Source: Paraspadella gotoi
Lineage: Eukaryota; Animalia; Chaetognatha
Direction of reading: 5' to 3'
Length of the DNA stretch: 64,000 nt
Assembly: GCA_051294375.1 (NCBI GenBank)
Contig: CM119268.1
Location: forward strand, 7,464,632 to 7,528,631
Below are positions 13,540 through 26,700 of the stretch, piece after piece (position 1 is the first letter of the stretch; every line of letters begins with the position of its first letter). The notes under the pieces are model-generated. The model saw only the letters and a list, made by a program, of their open reading frames with translations, was not told where the DNA came from and did no database searches. The position numbers were made by a program, and so were the translations under genes.

Positions 13540-13825
13540 TCGGGCATTGCCTAGGTTCACCCCGCCTATAAGCATGACACCTGGAGTCCTGACCCGGTGG
13601 CTCATTGAGTAAAGCCATCAGCTCATGACCACTAGGTACCGGGTTCAATCCCAACCTGGTACCTCCCCTGCGGGAAGCGTGAGGACGGCCGTAAGCCGCC
13701 TTGGGGGCGTAGCGACCCCTCAAGCCATGTTCCAAGCCCAGGACCCGTTCCATGGCTACTAAAGGGGGTTATGGAAGTTATGGATAGTCATCTTCAGCCC
13801 ACTTAGCGACTTATCCACAAGTAAA
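13540..13825 (+). mobile_element. tRNA-derived SINE-like repeat
   Basis: tRNA-like head at 13591-13663 with an A-box-like TGGCTCATTGAG and B-box GGTTCAATCCC, a CAT-containing loop and a poor acceptor stem. Related partial copies lie at 21430-21570 (internally deleted) and, inverted, at 5288-5320. Confidence 0.55.
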
Positions 13826-14482
13826 CTATAAACATGGGAAATTAGATCTTCATGGGAAATGATTAACCGAAAAAAAAATCTAAATTTAGAAATTGAGTGA
13901 TATCTTTTCCCGCCCTCTTAACTTCCTGGAAAACGCCTTCCATGTACGAGGTATCCTTGATTCCAAGATGAAAGAGAGAAACCTGAAACACCTCATTTTA
14001 ATTTTTTTTTAAAGTTCGACTCAAACAAACAAACGAATTTTCTCGCTCTCACTGGTACAATGTGAAAACAAGTGGAACCTTTTTTATGGCCAAAGAAAGC
14101 ATCCAAAAATTCAAAATTTATTTCCAGTTTTTTTAAATTTAAATTTGAGTTACTTAAACAAAGTAAAAGTTAAGTTCCACTGATTTATTTTATTAAGAAA
14201 AAGGTGTTCGCGGATAATTTGCCCTCTATCTTTTTCAGACGTAATGATTTAAATGAATTAAGGAGAGGAAGTAAAATTCACGCGCGGAAGAATTTCCTGA
14301 AAATTCCCAACTTTTCTTTTTTTTTTTTTATTGTTTTCTTAAATTTTTTAGTCGGAACTGCTTATCAGCAGATTCCGACTCTATAATTCACTTTGCTTTG
14401 TCGGTCCGTCGGTTCACCACCAAAATCTTATCGGGCATTAACTTAAATCATGTCAGAACATCAAATTATGATAGATTATGCC

Positions 14483-14895
14483 AAAAAATGATGTCCGTTG
14501 AAAAAATGATGCAAGTTGAAAAAATGATACAAATTGAAAAAATGATGCAAGTTGAAAAAATTATGCAATTTAAAAAAATGATGCAAGTTGAAAAAATGAT
14601 GCAAGTTAAAAAAATGGTGCACGTTGAAAAAATGGTGCCAGTTGAAAAATGATGCAAGTTGAAAAAATGATGCAAGTTGAAAAAATGATACAAATTGAAA
14701 AAATGATGCAAGTTGAAAAAATGATGCAATTTAAAAAAATTATGTAAGTTGAAAAAATTATGCAAGATAAAAAATGGTGCAAGTTGAAAAAATGACGCAA
14801 GTTAAAAAAATGATGCAAGTTGAAAAAAGGACGCAAGTTGAAAAAATGATGCAAGTTGAAAAAATGTTGCAAGTTGAAAAAAAAAAGTTGAAAAA
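14483..14895. repeat. 18-bp minisatellite (AAAAAATGATGCAAGTTG)n, ~22 copies
   Basis: Direct tandem units with point variants and no spacers. Confidence 0.95.
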
Positions 14896-15221
14896 CTAAT
14901 AATAGTTAAACAAATTATTTGTTTGTACTATAGCAACAGTTCAGTTTAATCCCTTGCAAGCGATTTACATGTATATGGGCAGCCATTGACTGGGTATGAT
15001 ACGATCTGTTATGATCACACATTGTTTGCTCAAACTTATTTTTAAATTTAGAGGGAAAATTTCTCACGATTACAGTGCATGCCAATTAACGTGGGCGGCG
15101 CCGCGGAAATTAGTTTTCCCGGCAGCTTGGGTTTACTCTTAAAAAAAAACATATTTTCAGACTTTGGTAGTTTTGGTAATAGGATAAAATAAAGGGGCTT
15201 ATTGGGAAATATAGAGAGAAA

Positions 15222-15264
<43 letters not shown>

Positions 15265-15487
15265 TTATCTTTCTCAAACCTAACTTTATCAGAAAATCAG
15301 CCAAAATTATATCCATGTTTCTATCAAATTCGTGCAACCCTCAACCATAAAATGTAAAATTCCTGAAAACAAATTCTTTAATCCTCAAGTCAAGAGGCGC
15401 AAATAACAATAAAAATACAGAAACGAGGAGCATCCCTTTATCTTACGGAGTAAGATTAAACAAAGAAAGAAAGACACAGAGACATAG

Positions 15488-15553
<66 letters not shown>

Positions 15554-15800
15554 AAAATAAGTGATGAACGGAAAAAGGCTTTTTTCTGAGAAAAAATAAA
15601 ATGGGGAAATAAATTGAATTAAAATTTCGAATGAACTTGGGTTTTTTATAATCGATTTTCTTGGTGAAATGAAGGCGTTCTGATCCAAAGATGAAGTTAG
15701 GGCGCAGTTTTTATGGTTGTATTAATTTTAGCTGTGAATGTATTTCTTTTAATTCCGAAGATCGACAATTGGGCAATGGGCATTGGGCAATGAGCATTAA

Positions 15801-16385
15801 GGCGTAGTGAAAGTTACATGCGAAAATTATAAAAGTCAATTATGTGTGAACATTAATTTGTAAAAAAAATTAATTTTATGTTTTTTTTATTTTCGCAGTA
15901 GGCTATATTTATACATAGTACCATAAATCGAAAAATTTCAAAATAGGCTTTTCTTAATTTTGATTGCAGATTTGAATTCCTCGTCAAAAGTTGATAAAAG
16001 AAAATATAAATCATTTTTAAAAATTATTTTATTAAGTGGGTTAAAAATTAAAAAAACTATATTTAATATATAAAAAGTTAATTTTCAGCTTAAAATATAG
16101 CTTTTTCTAATTTTATAAAGGAATAATAAAGGAATTTTTAAAAAAAGAGTTATGTTTCTTTTTATCAGATTTTTATGACGAATCCAAATCTGCAAAAAAT
16201 CTTATAAAAAACTGTTTTGAAATTTTAAAATTTATTGGTTTAGTACAAGTATAAATATGGCCTACTGCGTAAATTGTAAAATTTATTATAAATTTTTTAT
16301 TACATAAATGTTCATTAGTATAATGTTGTTCGTTCCTTACTTTTAGAATTTTAATTAAAGTTAAATTTAGAAATTTTACTACGCC
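15801..16385. mobile_element. MITE with TTAA target-site duplication (Kolobok-like)
   Basis: TTAA|GGCGTAGT...ACTACGCC|TTAA. Internal inverted blocks cgcagtaggctatatttatac / gtataaatatggcctactgcg and tgcagatttgaattc / gaatccaaatctgca. GG termini fit Kolobok better than piggyBac (CC termini). Confidence 0.75.
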
Positions 16386-16995
16386 TTAATGAGCATGGCT
16401 CATTTTTTCAAATGCCCCGAATAAAGGCAAAGCTCCTCTATAACTAATGACCGTCTAAAAATCAAAAACGCATGTCATTTAATTTTTAATCTATTGCTGA
16501 CTAAAATTTTATACAATCAAAAAATAAACAACGGCTTGATTTTCATCCATTAGGGTTGTCTCAGAGCTTTTCGAGTGAGAAGAAACCATGGTTTAAACGT
16601 TTTTTATTCTTTTGAATGTTTTGTAGATATATAAAAATTTTGGGAATATCCAGATCGAGGCGCCGACGGTCGGAGTATCTGAGAACGAAAAAATAACATT
16701 ATCGCCGGTTAAAAATTTATTTTTTTTTGCATATTTATAATTCTAAATTATAATCAGTGCAACAAAAATAAATCATTGATAAGTCAATGATAAAAAATGA
16801 AGTAGATTTTGTCTAAACATAAGTCTTGATTGAAAGCTTGCAGGGATCTGCTATGTCATTATCTTGTAAGAGTGATGGAGGCCTTTCACCACCAAAGCCT
16901 GTCAAAAGTCAGGGCAACATAGCTTGTTTATTAAATGAATGGATAATTTTCATATTGGTTGTACCAATTTCATAGACCTTTCTTTCGATGTACTT

Positions 16996-19900
16996 TCAAG
17001 CTTCGACGGAAGCGGCGTTGTCGGCTCGCTCCACGACGCCGTTCGAATTGTTGTTATTGTTGTCATTGGCGCCGCCTTTACTTTCGTTGCCGCCCCCGAC
17101 GACGCCGTTTCCCGCTTGGCCGTTGTCTCCGGTTTTAGCGACGCCGGCGGATTGACAAGAGTTTTCGGCACCGCCGACGCTACCGTCGCTGCCTCCGCTC
17201 CCGGCGCTAGGGTGGCGCCGCCATTCGAACGCCACCCATTCCGCGGTATCCACGTGGCGCTCGTGGTCGCCGGCGCTCTCTTACGGTGAAAAGAAAAACA
17301 AGGAGAATGGATGAGCGGCTTAAAATCCATTAATCATTTTCTTGGATCATTAGAGCTGAAGGTAAATGATTCACCTCACAACACAAATGCTAAAGGACCG
17401 ATGGCCAACTAGCACTTACGTGGGACGGGCCGGTAGCATGTTGATACAGCCTTAACCAAGGCTCTGGTACAGCAAAGTTATGAACCGGTTTAGTCTTTAA
17501 TTTAAAGTATAATTATCTTCTTTCTTCATCTAAATTATTTTATTTCGCAAACACATTCATTGCCAGTCCCCCGCGCCGCGCCCTCCCACTCGACCTTACC
17601 TTTGGGTCGCACGGACCCGTCTCCGCCCTTCGACATCAAGGTAAGTCCGATCGCTTTCCCGTTGTTGTCCGCCGCTTCGGTGTCTCCCGGTGGAACTTCT
17701 TCCTTCGGCGGCGACGGCGGGCTGAGCGGAGTTGGGGGGGGGGAAAGTTTAATTTAAAATAAGATTTTTTTTTCTTTTCTGAAATAGAAGAACGAAAAAT
17801 TTCAAATAAGATTACACGTATTAAAATTCGTCAATTTTATGATAAAAACTCTAAAATTTTCGAGCAATTATGGTGCAAACGTTAACGGTTTTCGTGAGAC
17901 TGATAGTTTTTCGAAGATTTGTTGTAGTTTTGTTTATTTGTTTGTTAATTTTGCAATGTAAAACTTTTTTCTCATCTTAATTTTTTTTTCGCTCGTGTTT
18001 CGTGCGAAATTTTCGCACTTTATCAGCCCTAGTAAACAATATTTACAAAAGCTCTTTTTATTTTTTGTTTCTTTCTGTGTTTCTTTCCTTTTTTTATTTT
18101 ACTCTCTTTCTTTTTTCTCCTTTTATTCCTTCTCGTTTTTTTTTCTCTACACATTTTTCTTTTCGTTCCTTTCACTCTTTCCTTTTTATTTTTCTCTATT
18201 TCTTTTTCTTCTTTTTCTTCTTTTCCTCCTTTTCCATTTTTCCTTTTCCTCCCTTTCCTTCTCACCTCGCTTCGATTTCGCCGGGAAGATCGTAGACGAA
18301 ACTGTTTTTTCTTTTCCGTTGAATGATGGAGGAAGGCGGTTGACCTTTTGTTTTTTGTTTACAATTCAAATTCAGAAGATGTCATAGAAAAAAGGTTTAT
18401 TATTTTAAGCGATTCTCACTGGAGCCGATGGCGGCGGCCTCTGGCTCCTCGGAGACGAACCAACTACTTCGCTGAATGTCGCGCACGGTCTTCCGCTCAA
18501 GCACGTCCGGTTCCATCATCTGCAAAAAAAAAACGTTTTCACTCTCTCATCATCACTCTCGTTCTTCCTTTTCAACAACTTTTCTTTCTATTGCCCCCCC
18601 CTCACCAGAGATGTCACTTTCCCCCTCCTCCCCCCTCACCACTCCCTTCCGCATCCTCCCTCTCCAACAACCACCCCCCACCACCTCCAGCTCCAAACTA
18701 CCCCGATCATGAGTTCGACGGCGGCGTCGTTGACGTCCGGCTCGTCCGGGAAGAAGATGTCCTGCTCTTTCGCCTTCTTCAGCAGCTCAAGGACGTTGTT
18801 GTCGTTAAGAGGGAGGCATCCGTACAGCATCACGTACAGCATCACCTGAGGACGGAATCCATTTTAGGGGAATATTACTGTTAACGGAATACCGCACGGC
18901 CTTGATGAATTTAAGAAATTTGTACGACCAACATAAAAACTATCCTTTCATTCGATAAATAAACGAGCTTGATTTTTTCCCCTGTCTTTGGACAGGCTAG
19001 GGTGGTTTAAAGTCTTTTTCATCCCTTTTACAAGATTATAACACAGCAGGACCCTGCAAGCTTTCAATCAATAACATGCGTCGATCAGTATTACCAGAGC
19101 ATTTCTGAATATCAAACAAACGACGAAAACTTTTTCGAAATAATTAACCGTATAATTTTCATCCCAAACTTACCCCGAGCGACCAGACGTCGCTGTACTT
19201 GGGGTTGTACGGATTCCCCTCCATGACTTCAGGCGCTGCGTAGGGAATGCTGCCGCAGAAAGTCTCGCTCAAGACTTTAGAACCGTTGACTTTTGATTCA
19301 AAAAGTGGGGGGGGGGCATTAGAAAATGAAAAGGGTAAAGAGGGAAGAGATGAATAAAAACGACGATAACAAAAAGAGTCAAAACGAATAAAGTGGTCGG
19401 TTAACTTTTAGTCGTAGGCCACGATTAAGGTAAGTTGTTGTTGTCGTTGTTGTTGTCACCAAACTCAAAACTTAATTAAAATTCATCCGCCTCGCATTCC
19501 TCGCGGTTAAGTGGGACGGGGCGCTTTAACCGCATAGTGCGACGTGCTAGATCCTAAGCTCAAGTATTGCTATTTTATGAACCACGTTAGAATCATTTAA
19601 TTTATAACACTTATTTTGTCTCTTTAAAATGATTATATCAGATCAGATTAGATTAGAATAAATTAGATTAGAATAGATTAGTATAGATTAGATTAGAATA
19701 GATTAAAGTAGTTATAAATTGATTTGAATTGACTAAAATCTATTACACTGTCAGAAAAGCTAATGTTTCCCCCCCCCCACGTCTCTTTCTCGCTCGAGCA
19801 TCCCCGACACTTGAATGTCTGAATGAGACCGATGACAACTACCGAACCTCACCCTCACTTACTCGGATCTCGGCAGCGGCGAGCGAACCCGAAGTCGCCC

Positions 19901-20410
19901 AACTTGGAGACTCCGTCGGCGAACATCAAAACGTTTTCGCACTGAACGGAACAAGAGAGGGTAAGTCGACAAATGTCAATTAGCGAGAATTAAAAGGGTC
20001 GGTTTGAGCCTATACGCTCTATATTCTATTGTAGCTCATCACTCGGGTCAAGTAGCCATATATATCTTGTTACCAATCTCCAATATTCTTGCAATCGATA
20101 AGCCTGCAAATCTATCAGAAAGTTGACCTTTTCTTTGTCAATTAATTCTCCACTGGCCAATACTAGGATATACCGTTTAATAATTTCTTAAGTGTAAAGG
20201 GAAAATAGTGGGTAAGATTGAATGGATTGGAAAAAGTAATGCTTGCGGGTTAAAATAAGCTCAAATCGCTTGATTAATTTTTAATTGTTTACTACCAACT
20301 TAAAACAGAATAAAAAAACTGGATTTCGAACATTGGGAAATTTAATTTGACAGAGCGAGAGAGAGAGAGAGAGATGAGAGAGGAGAGAGAGAGAGAGAAG
20401 AGAAGAGAGA

Positions 20411-20486
<76 letters not shown>

Positions 20487-20661
20487 TGCCTGACTCGACA
20501 GTCATGTCGTCAGGTAAACATAGCGTGTCTCGCTCAAAAAGAATTCCTCGATTTTACAGTTCTATCTTCATCGGGCCAAAAATAATATGTCATGTGGAGA
20601 ACATTTATAGAACTTAATGTTTTAATTAAAGCTTTAACGGGGAAAGAGGAGGTAGAAAAAT

Positions 20662-20745
<84 letters not shown>

Positions 20746-23700
20746 AGAAGAGAGAAGGCAATATCGAAAAGTCGGGCAATCCCGCATGCCAGCTTGGACG
20801 ACGCATAACCTCGATTCTGTCCAGAAATCGCCGGCTCTTTTCTCAAAAAATTATATTTTTTTTTCTTTTTAAATGATGAACTCTTCCATAAAACCTAATT
20901 TTTTTGTTTAATTCAAACAACCATTTACGATTTAAAGAGAACGATTTTTAAAAACGTCGTCATCAACATTTCATTTCTTTATCAAATCTCCAAAAAAACT
21001 ACGGCTAAAATAAAATATTTCAAGTCAATCAGTCGCTGAATTAAACCAATCGGTCCAACTGAACTTTGTTTTTCAAGACAAAGCGGCGTATTAAAATCGC
21101 CTGAGACAACATTTCGAAAGAGAGCCCGTCTTCCAAGACGGGTCTCCGAACCCGAGGACATCCAACCGACGGCCTTCGAAGACTCAAATGCGTCTTTAAC
21201 CAAAGATGAGTTTCGACGACGACGACGACTTCAATCAATTCGATGGAATCGGACAGAGAGATTCCATGATCTATGGATCGGACAACAATGATGACTATCG
21301 GTTCAGCGACAGCGACGAAGATGACGAATTCGGCAAATTCGATGGTGAGAATGAGCGATAGTAATCGTCACTCTGGAATCGTCAGAGCCTTTGATTATTC
21401 GAGTGAATAAGGATACGGGAATTTCTCAAGTTCACCCCGCCAAGAGACCCTGTTCCGTAAATTGTGACCCGGTGCCGGTGGCTCATTGAGCACAGTCCCT
21501 ACGCTACGGAAAGCGCGAGGACAGCCTTAAACCGCCCGGACAATGCCCGGTCAAGTGTGAGTATTGGTTAAGACTTTTGGTTAAGACTTCGTAAAAAGAT
21601 CACGTCGGTTGACAATCACGTCGCCCGCATTCGAAAGGGGACGACAGTGAAACGCCTCACAGCGGCGGCGGCGGCGGCGGCGGATAAAGCGGTTCCGTCT
21701 AGCGGCTGCGGCGTTCTTGCCGCCTTGAGATTTTTCGCGAAGAAAAAGATTTGATCCGATTTCGACTTTAGACGAAATTTTATTTAATATAGGAAAGGAG
21801 ACAAAGGAATAAATAAAAGGAAAAAAAAGAGGAATGTAAAAAAAAAAGAGAAAGACGTAAAAGAAAAGAGAAGGAAAAATTAAAGGAAGGAATAATACCA
21901 ATCGAGAAAAGGCGAGCGAGGGAAGGTATCAAAAGAAAAGGGCTCAAGAGAAAATAAAAAGGTGCTCATAGTTGTCGGACCAAACTTTCATGCCACTAAA
22001 TACATACCCTTTTTTCAATAAAACAACATTTTTAATCGATTTATTTAAAAATCATTATGCGGGATGTTATTGAAATTGAATCCAACATATTCGAGCAACA
22101 CTGAGATGATTTAATTAATTTTCGTGTTTTTTTCTCACCTTACAGATGGAACGAAAGCGGCTGTGCCCCCCACCAACACTCGGCATTGTTTGGAAGGAGA
22201 GAGACCGGTTACCAATTTGTCATTTTTTCAATAAATATAAATATTCTCATGAAATGTCGCTTTTATCGCATTGACTTTAGGCCGTTTGGTGGAAAATGCC
22301 CAAGGGATTCAGAAAAAATAAAAGGGAAACGTATGAAACTTTCGGAAGCGTGGACTTGGAGGATCAAATTGAAGGTCTTTGTTGTTGTTGTCGTCGTCGT
22401 TGTTTTTGTCGTTGATGATGATAAAAATGATGATGACTTAAATGATTGTAATCATTAAGGAATAATAATTGATGATGATGATGATCCTGATAATGACGAT
22501 GAAAATACGATGAATCTTGATTATTGTGATGACGACAACACGATGACACGATGATGTGATAACATGACGACTCGTTCCAGGAATCACGGCGCAAAAAATC
22601 CCCGGGGAATTCATCATGGCGACGATGCTCAACAAAACTAATCGAAGAGTCGAAATTTTTTGGCTCGACTTTAAAGGTGGGAAAAGTTTATATTTTGATT
22701 TTAGACTTAAAGGTTACAGATACAAAGATACAGATCGAATATGAATAAACAAGTGCGTCCACTGACTTATAAAAACATAAATTTAAAACCGGTTGACTTC
22801 AAAAAAACGGAGATAAAAAAATATTAAAAAACTCTTCGGTAAGTTGCTTTAAATTTTTTTGAAACCTTTACTTTTCAGGAACACAGATAAGTTACGGCCA
22901 AAAAGATCCCGGTGAAATCTACAGTTGCAAAACCTATATACACCATCCCTGGATCGTACGGTATATATTAGTCATGAAATAAAAACCATCGAAATTGATG
23001 TACAATTCATTCGTTAGTTTTTCGTCCTTGCCTCAAGACGTAAGAGGGAAGAAAAAGTCGATTCACCATCCAACCATTTCCCTTTCCGTAGCGCCGTCCC
23101 TACCGAAGAAGGAGGAGACCAACCCCTCATGCTGCTGGAAGTCGATGGGGGAAAATCCCCCGTTTGGATTCCGGATGAAGAGGACGCGGGAGAGAGCGTG
23201 GAGATATCAATCGTGGAGAGCAAGCCAGGTCAACAATAATTAAGTATAACGGCGTCAAAAAAAAATAATAATTTGCACCTTAGAGGAAAACAGAAGTCTT
23301 CTAAGTGCCGTGCTATTTCATAATGACTAAATTATTATTTCTACTAAGAATTAATTTTTTTTTTCTTCTGGTATGCAAAGACCGAATAAATTCTCATTTC
23401 CATCTAATCCTGCCAGAATCATGACTCTGAAAATCTATGGCAATAAAATCCGAATCTGTGAATTTACCAAAGATCAAAAGTCGGCTCGATTCAATCAAAT
23501 TATGAGAGAAAATGATTCCTCTTTGTGCTTTTAATATTTTTGACAAAGACGTATACTGCTATTCATTTGATTTTCCTAACATAATATTTCTTTTCATACG
23601 CTGAAAGTCAAATCATTTCAATATCATTTTACAGACTCTCGGAAATTTTTTTTCTTTTATAAAATTGATACAACAAATAAGTATATCATACATGTAAAAA

Positions 23701-26700
23701 TTATCCATTCATTCCTTCCGCAGAAAAAACAGAGGAGGAAGAAGAGGAGGAAATAGAGCCGGTATTTTTGGAAGTCAACGTCGTGAACAATTTCGAAGAA
23801 AACCGAAGTTTCATTCCTCTTATAGAATGGAACAATTTAAAGTCAAATCAGGTCTTGGATTTTCCTTCTTTATTTAATTTAACGCTTAAACTTATTTCGT
23901 GTAATAAATTAATCAATAAACAAACGTTTCACTATAATAAAAGTGACCATTTTTTAAAAAAATTGATAACACACACACGTAACAGGAAAATATTGTGTCT
24001 CTTGACTTGTCTGGATTGGAGCAACTCACAGACTGCGTGTTCGGGATTTTTAAATACGAGGTTCATCTCATGGCCAATTTGAAGTACATCAACTGCAATG
24101 GATGCAGATACATAACCGATACGGGCGAGTTTATTTTTTAATTTATGGACATTTCAGAAAAAAAAACAAAGTAAACAAGACTCTGAGGTGACTTACCACC
24201 TTCCTCTTTAAGGCGTGCACTTCCTCGCTCAATCCTGCCCTAAGCTCGTCGAAATCGAACTATTGGCATGTTACAAACTTACTCAAACCTGCTTGCTTTC
24301 TCTGAAAAAATATTGTAATCAACTTACCACCGTGGCGATGGAATCAGTGAGTTTAATGAAAATCATAGTCGATTGAACTAAATCGCATAAGCTCGCGTAT
24401 TTCGTTCGACTTCTCAGGGAAACATAATTGGAAGTCCGCCTGAAGTAGAGACTCTTGGATATTTCGGCGGATTATCGGCCCATGAGAAAAATACAGCGCC
24501 AGCGTCATTCAACGAAATTAATGTCGTGGTTTTGGTTGATTCGTCGACATCAGAACAAATGTACAATCATCTACAATTAAATTTAGAAGATCGAGTAGCG
24601 GCGACAACGCAATGGACGAACGGTATTTTTTTTAAATCATACTCCTACTAATATTTATCATCAGAATTTTTTTTTTCAATTTCATTATACTTAGGATCTA
24701 ACATCTTCAACATCCTTTGTCAAAATTATGAAGTTCTCGACCCGACTATGTTTTTGACGGAAGCCAGTATAGTAATGATACCTTACTTGGACTCTATGAT
24801 GGACGCTGAACCTTTGCTACAAATAGTTTTGCACTCTTTCCCACTTTCGGGTATAATTCTTTTAAATTTGGCGGCGAACAATGACGAACCCATTATGGAC
24901 GATATAAAAATCTCAGAATTTCTCCTAGTAAGTTGTTTTTATGTTTCCAGTTCGTATTAAAATAATGGTATAAATTATCAATTGAGTTGCCGTCTCATAT
25001 GGACGGAGTTGCTTGACTTTGTCCCCTGATCTCTTTTTCTTTTTTATTTTCCTTTTTTGTTCACGTTTATTGTTGACATAAGATATTTTTGCATCCATTC
25101 CCGCAATTATTTGTTTGCTCTTTTTTTCTTTTCTTCTTTTTTTCTTTTTTCTTTTCAGAAAAAAAAATTGTAATTTTAATTACTTGTTAACTGTTGCTAT
25201 TTTGTTTTTTTTTTTTTAGAAAAACCTTGAACGCGCAGAAAACGACTTCCGAACAAAGACGCAAGATGACGATCGAGACGAAACTTTCAATTACTTCTGG
25301 AAACTGCAAATTCTCGGATTCCTTTTGAGGAGGATGATGAGTTTCTCCGACGATAGCGTGGCTCCGGTTACGGAGAGAGTCAAACACGTCGAAGCCATGC
25401 CGGCGCCCTCTCCGGAGTCCGCGAAATTCATCGAGAACCTTCTCGACGAAGTGTTCACGACTTTAAAAGGTTACGGTCTCAAGTACTTGAGCAACCTTGA
25501 CGCTGATACAATTCAGTACGTCGACAACGTCACCCACCAATTGAATAATGAAGTAGTCGTGAGTTTTGGAGACAGAAGAATTGCCAACAAAATCATTCAC
25601 AATTGCGGAAGATTCGTTGACACATTCGACAAAGAAACCTCGGAAGTCGTTCCAATTTCTCGGGAACGTTTGATAACTGTGGTGAATAAGCTGGCTTCCC
25701 AACAGCAACTCAGAATTAATGCTGAAACAATTTTTAATGATTTAGAGATGTCGAGTCAGGTTCAATCATCAGTTTTGTGTTTCTTGGAAAATAAAAATAT
25801 TTTGATTACAGAGACTTCTTGCGATTACCTAAATAATTTAATAAAGGTAAACACAGTGTCTGACAGTTGTACCGATGAAGAAAATGAGTCAAAATATTCT
25901 TCTCTAACTATAATATATGATACTGATGATTACACAAAATTAAATGAAAATCTGCATTTTAAAACAATATGTAAAGCCATTTCGGTTCTAGCTTATCCAG
26001 CCAAGTTATATTTCTCCAAAGCTTTTTATCAAATTGGATGTTTTGATATTGTATTTTCATTAAACGATGGAAAATTGTCTTTAAAAGTAGTTTCTTACCA
26101 TCCCGAGGACCTTTCTCTGATGATGATCAATTCAATTCTTGCTTTTAAAATTATTATCGACTTTTACTTGCATCAAAATGGAATTATTTATTCTTATCAG
26201 TATCAGAAAATATTACAAGGTGTATCGGAAATCCCAGATATTGAGGAAATAAGTAGCATAAGTGGAACACCTTACTACGAATTTACCCAAGTTCCATGGG
26301 AAAAAAAAGTTTTTCCAAAGCACTCAGCATTCAATGGATTTCCAACCATTTCAGTTGCCACATCGGCTGCTTTGTGGCACATGTATTGCCAAATCAATCC
26401 CCAGTTCTTAAGTTTACACGGATCGCTTAAATACAATTCATCAATATTAGGTTCCAAAAATTTTATTACTGATACTCACTATGATGGATATTTTTTACCG
26501 TTAAGTCCTTTAAATCCTGTTTACAATTCGTCAGTTCGAATTAGTTTTCCATACAAACTAGGAAGCACAATGTTTTACATTGGCGGAGAATACAAAGGGA
26601 TTTTCATCGACCTCAACAATGGCAATGTCACAAGTGCACAAGGCTCTAACATAAGAGAAACTGTTGGTTCCCTTTATGATGATAATAGTAATCATCCTAT

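Noticed and set aside
13591-13663. Functional tRNA-Met gene
   Set aside because: Acceptor, anticodon and T stems pair poorly, and the sequence continues into a repeat body with other partial copies.
14483-14895. 18-bp array as CRISPR, or as coding repeats (MMQVEK)n
   Set aside because: No unique spacers, a eukaryotic context, and frames broken by indels and stops. It is a minisatellite.
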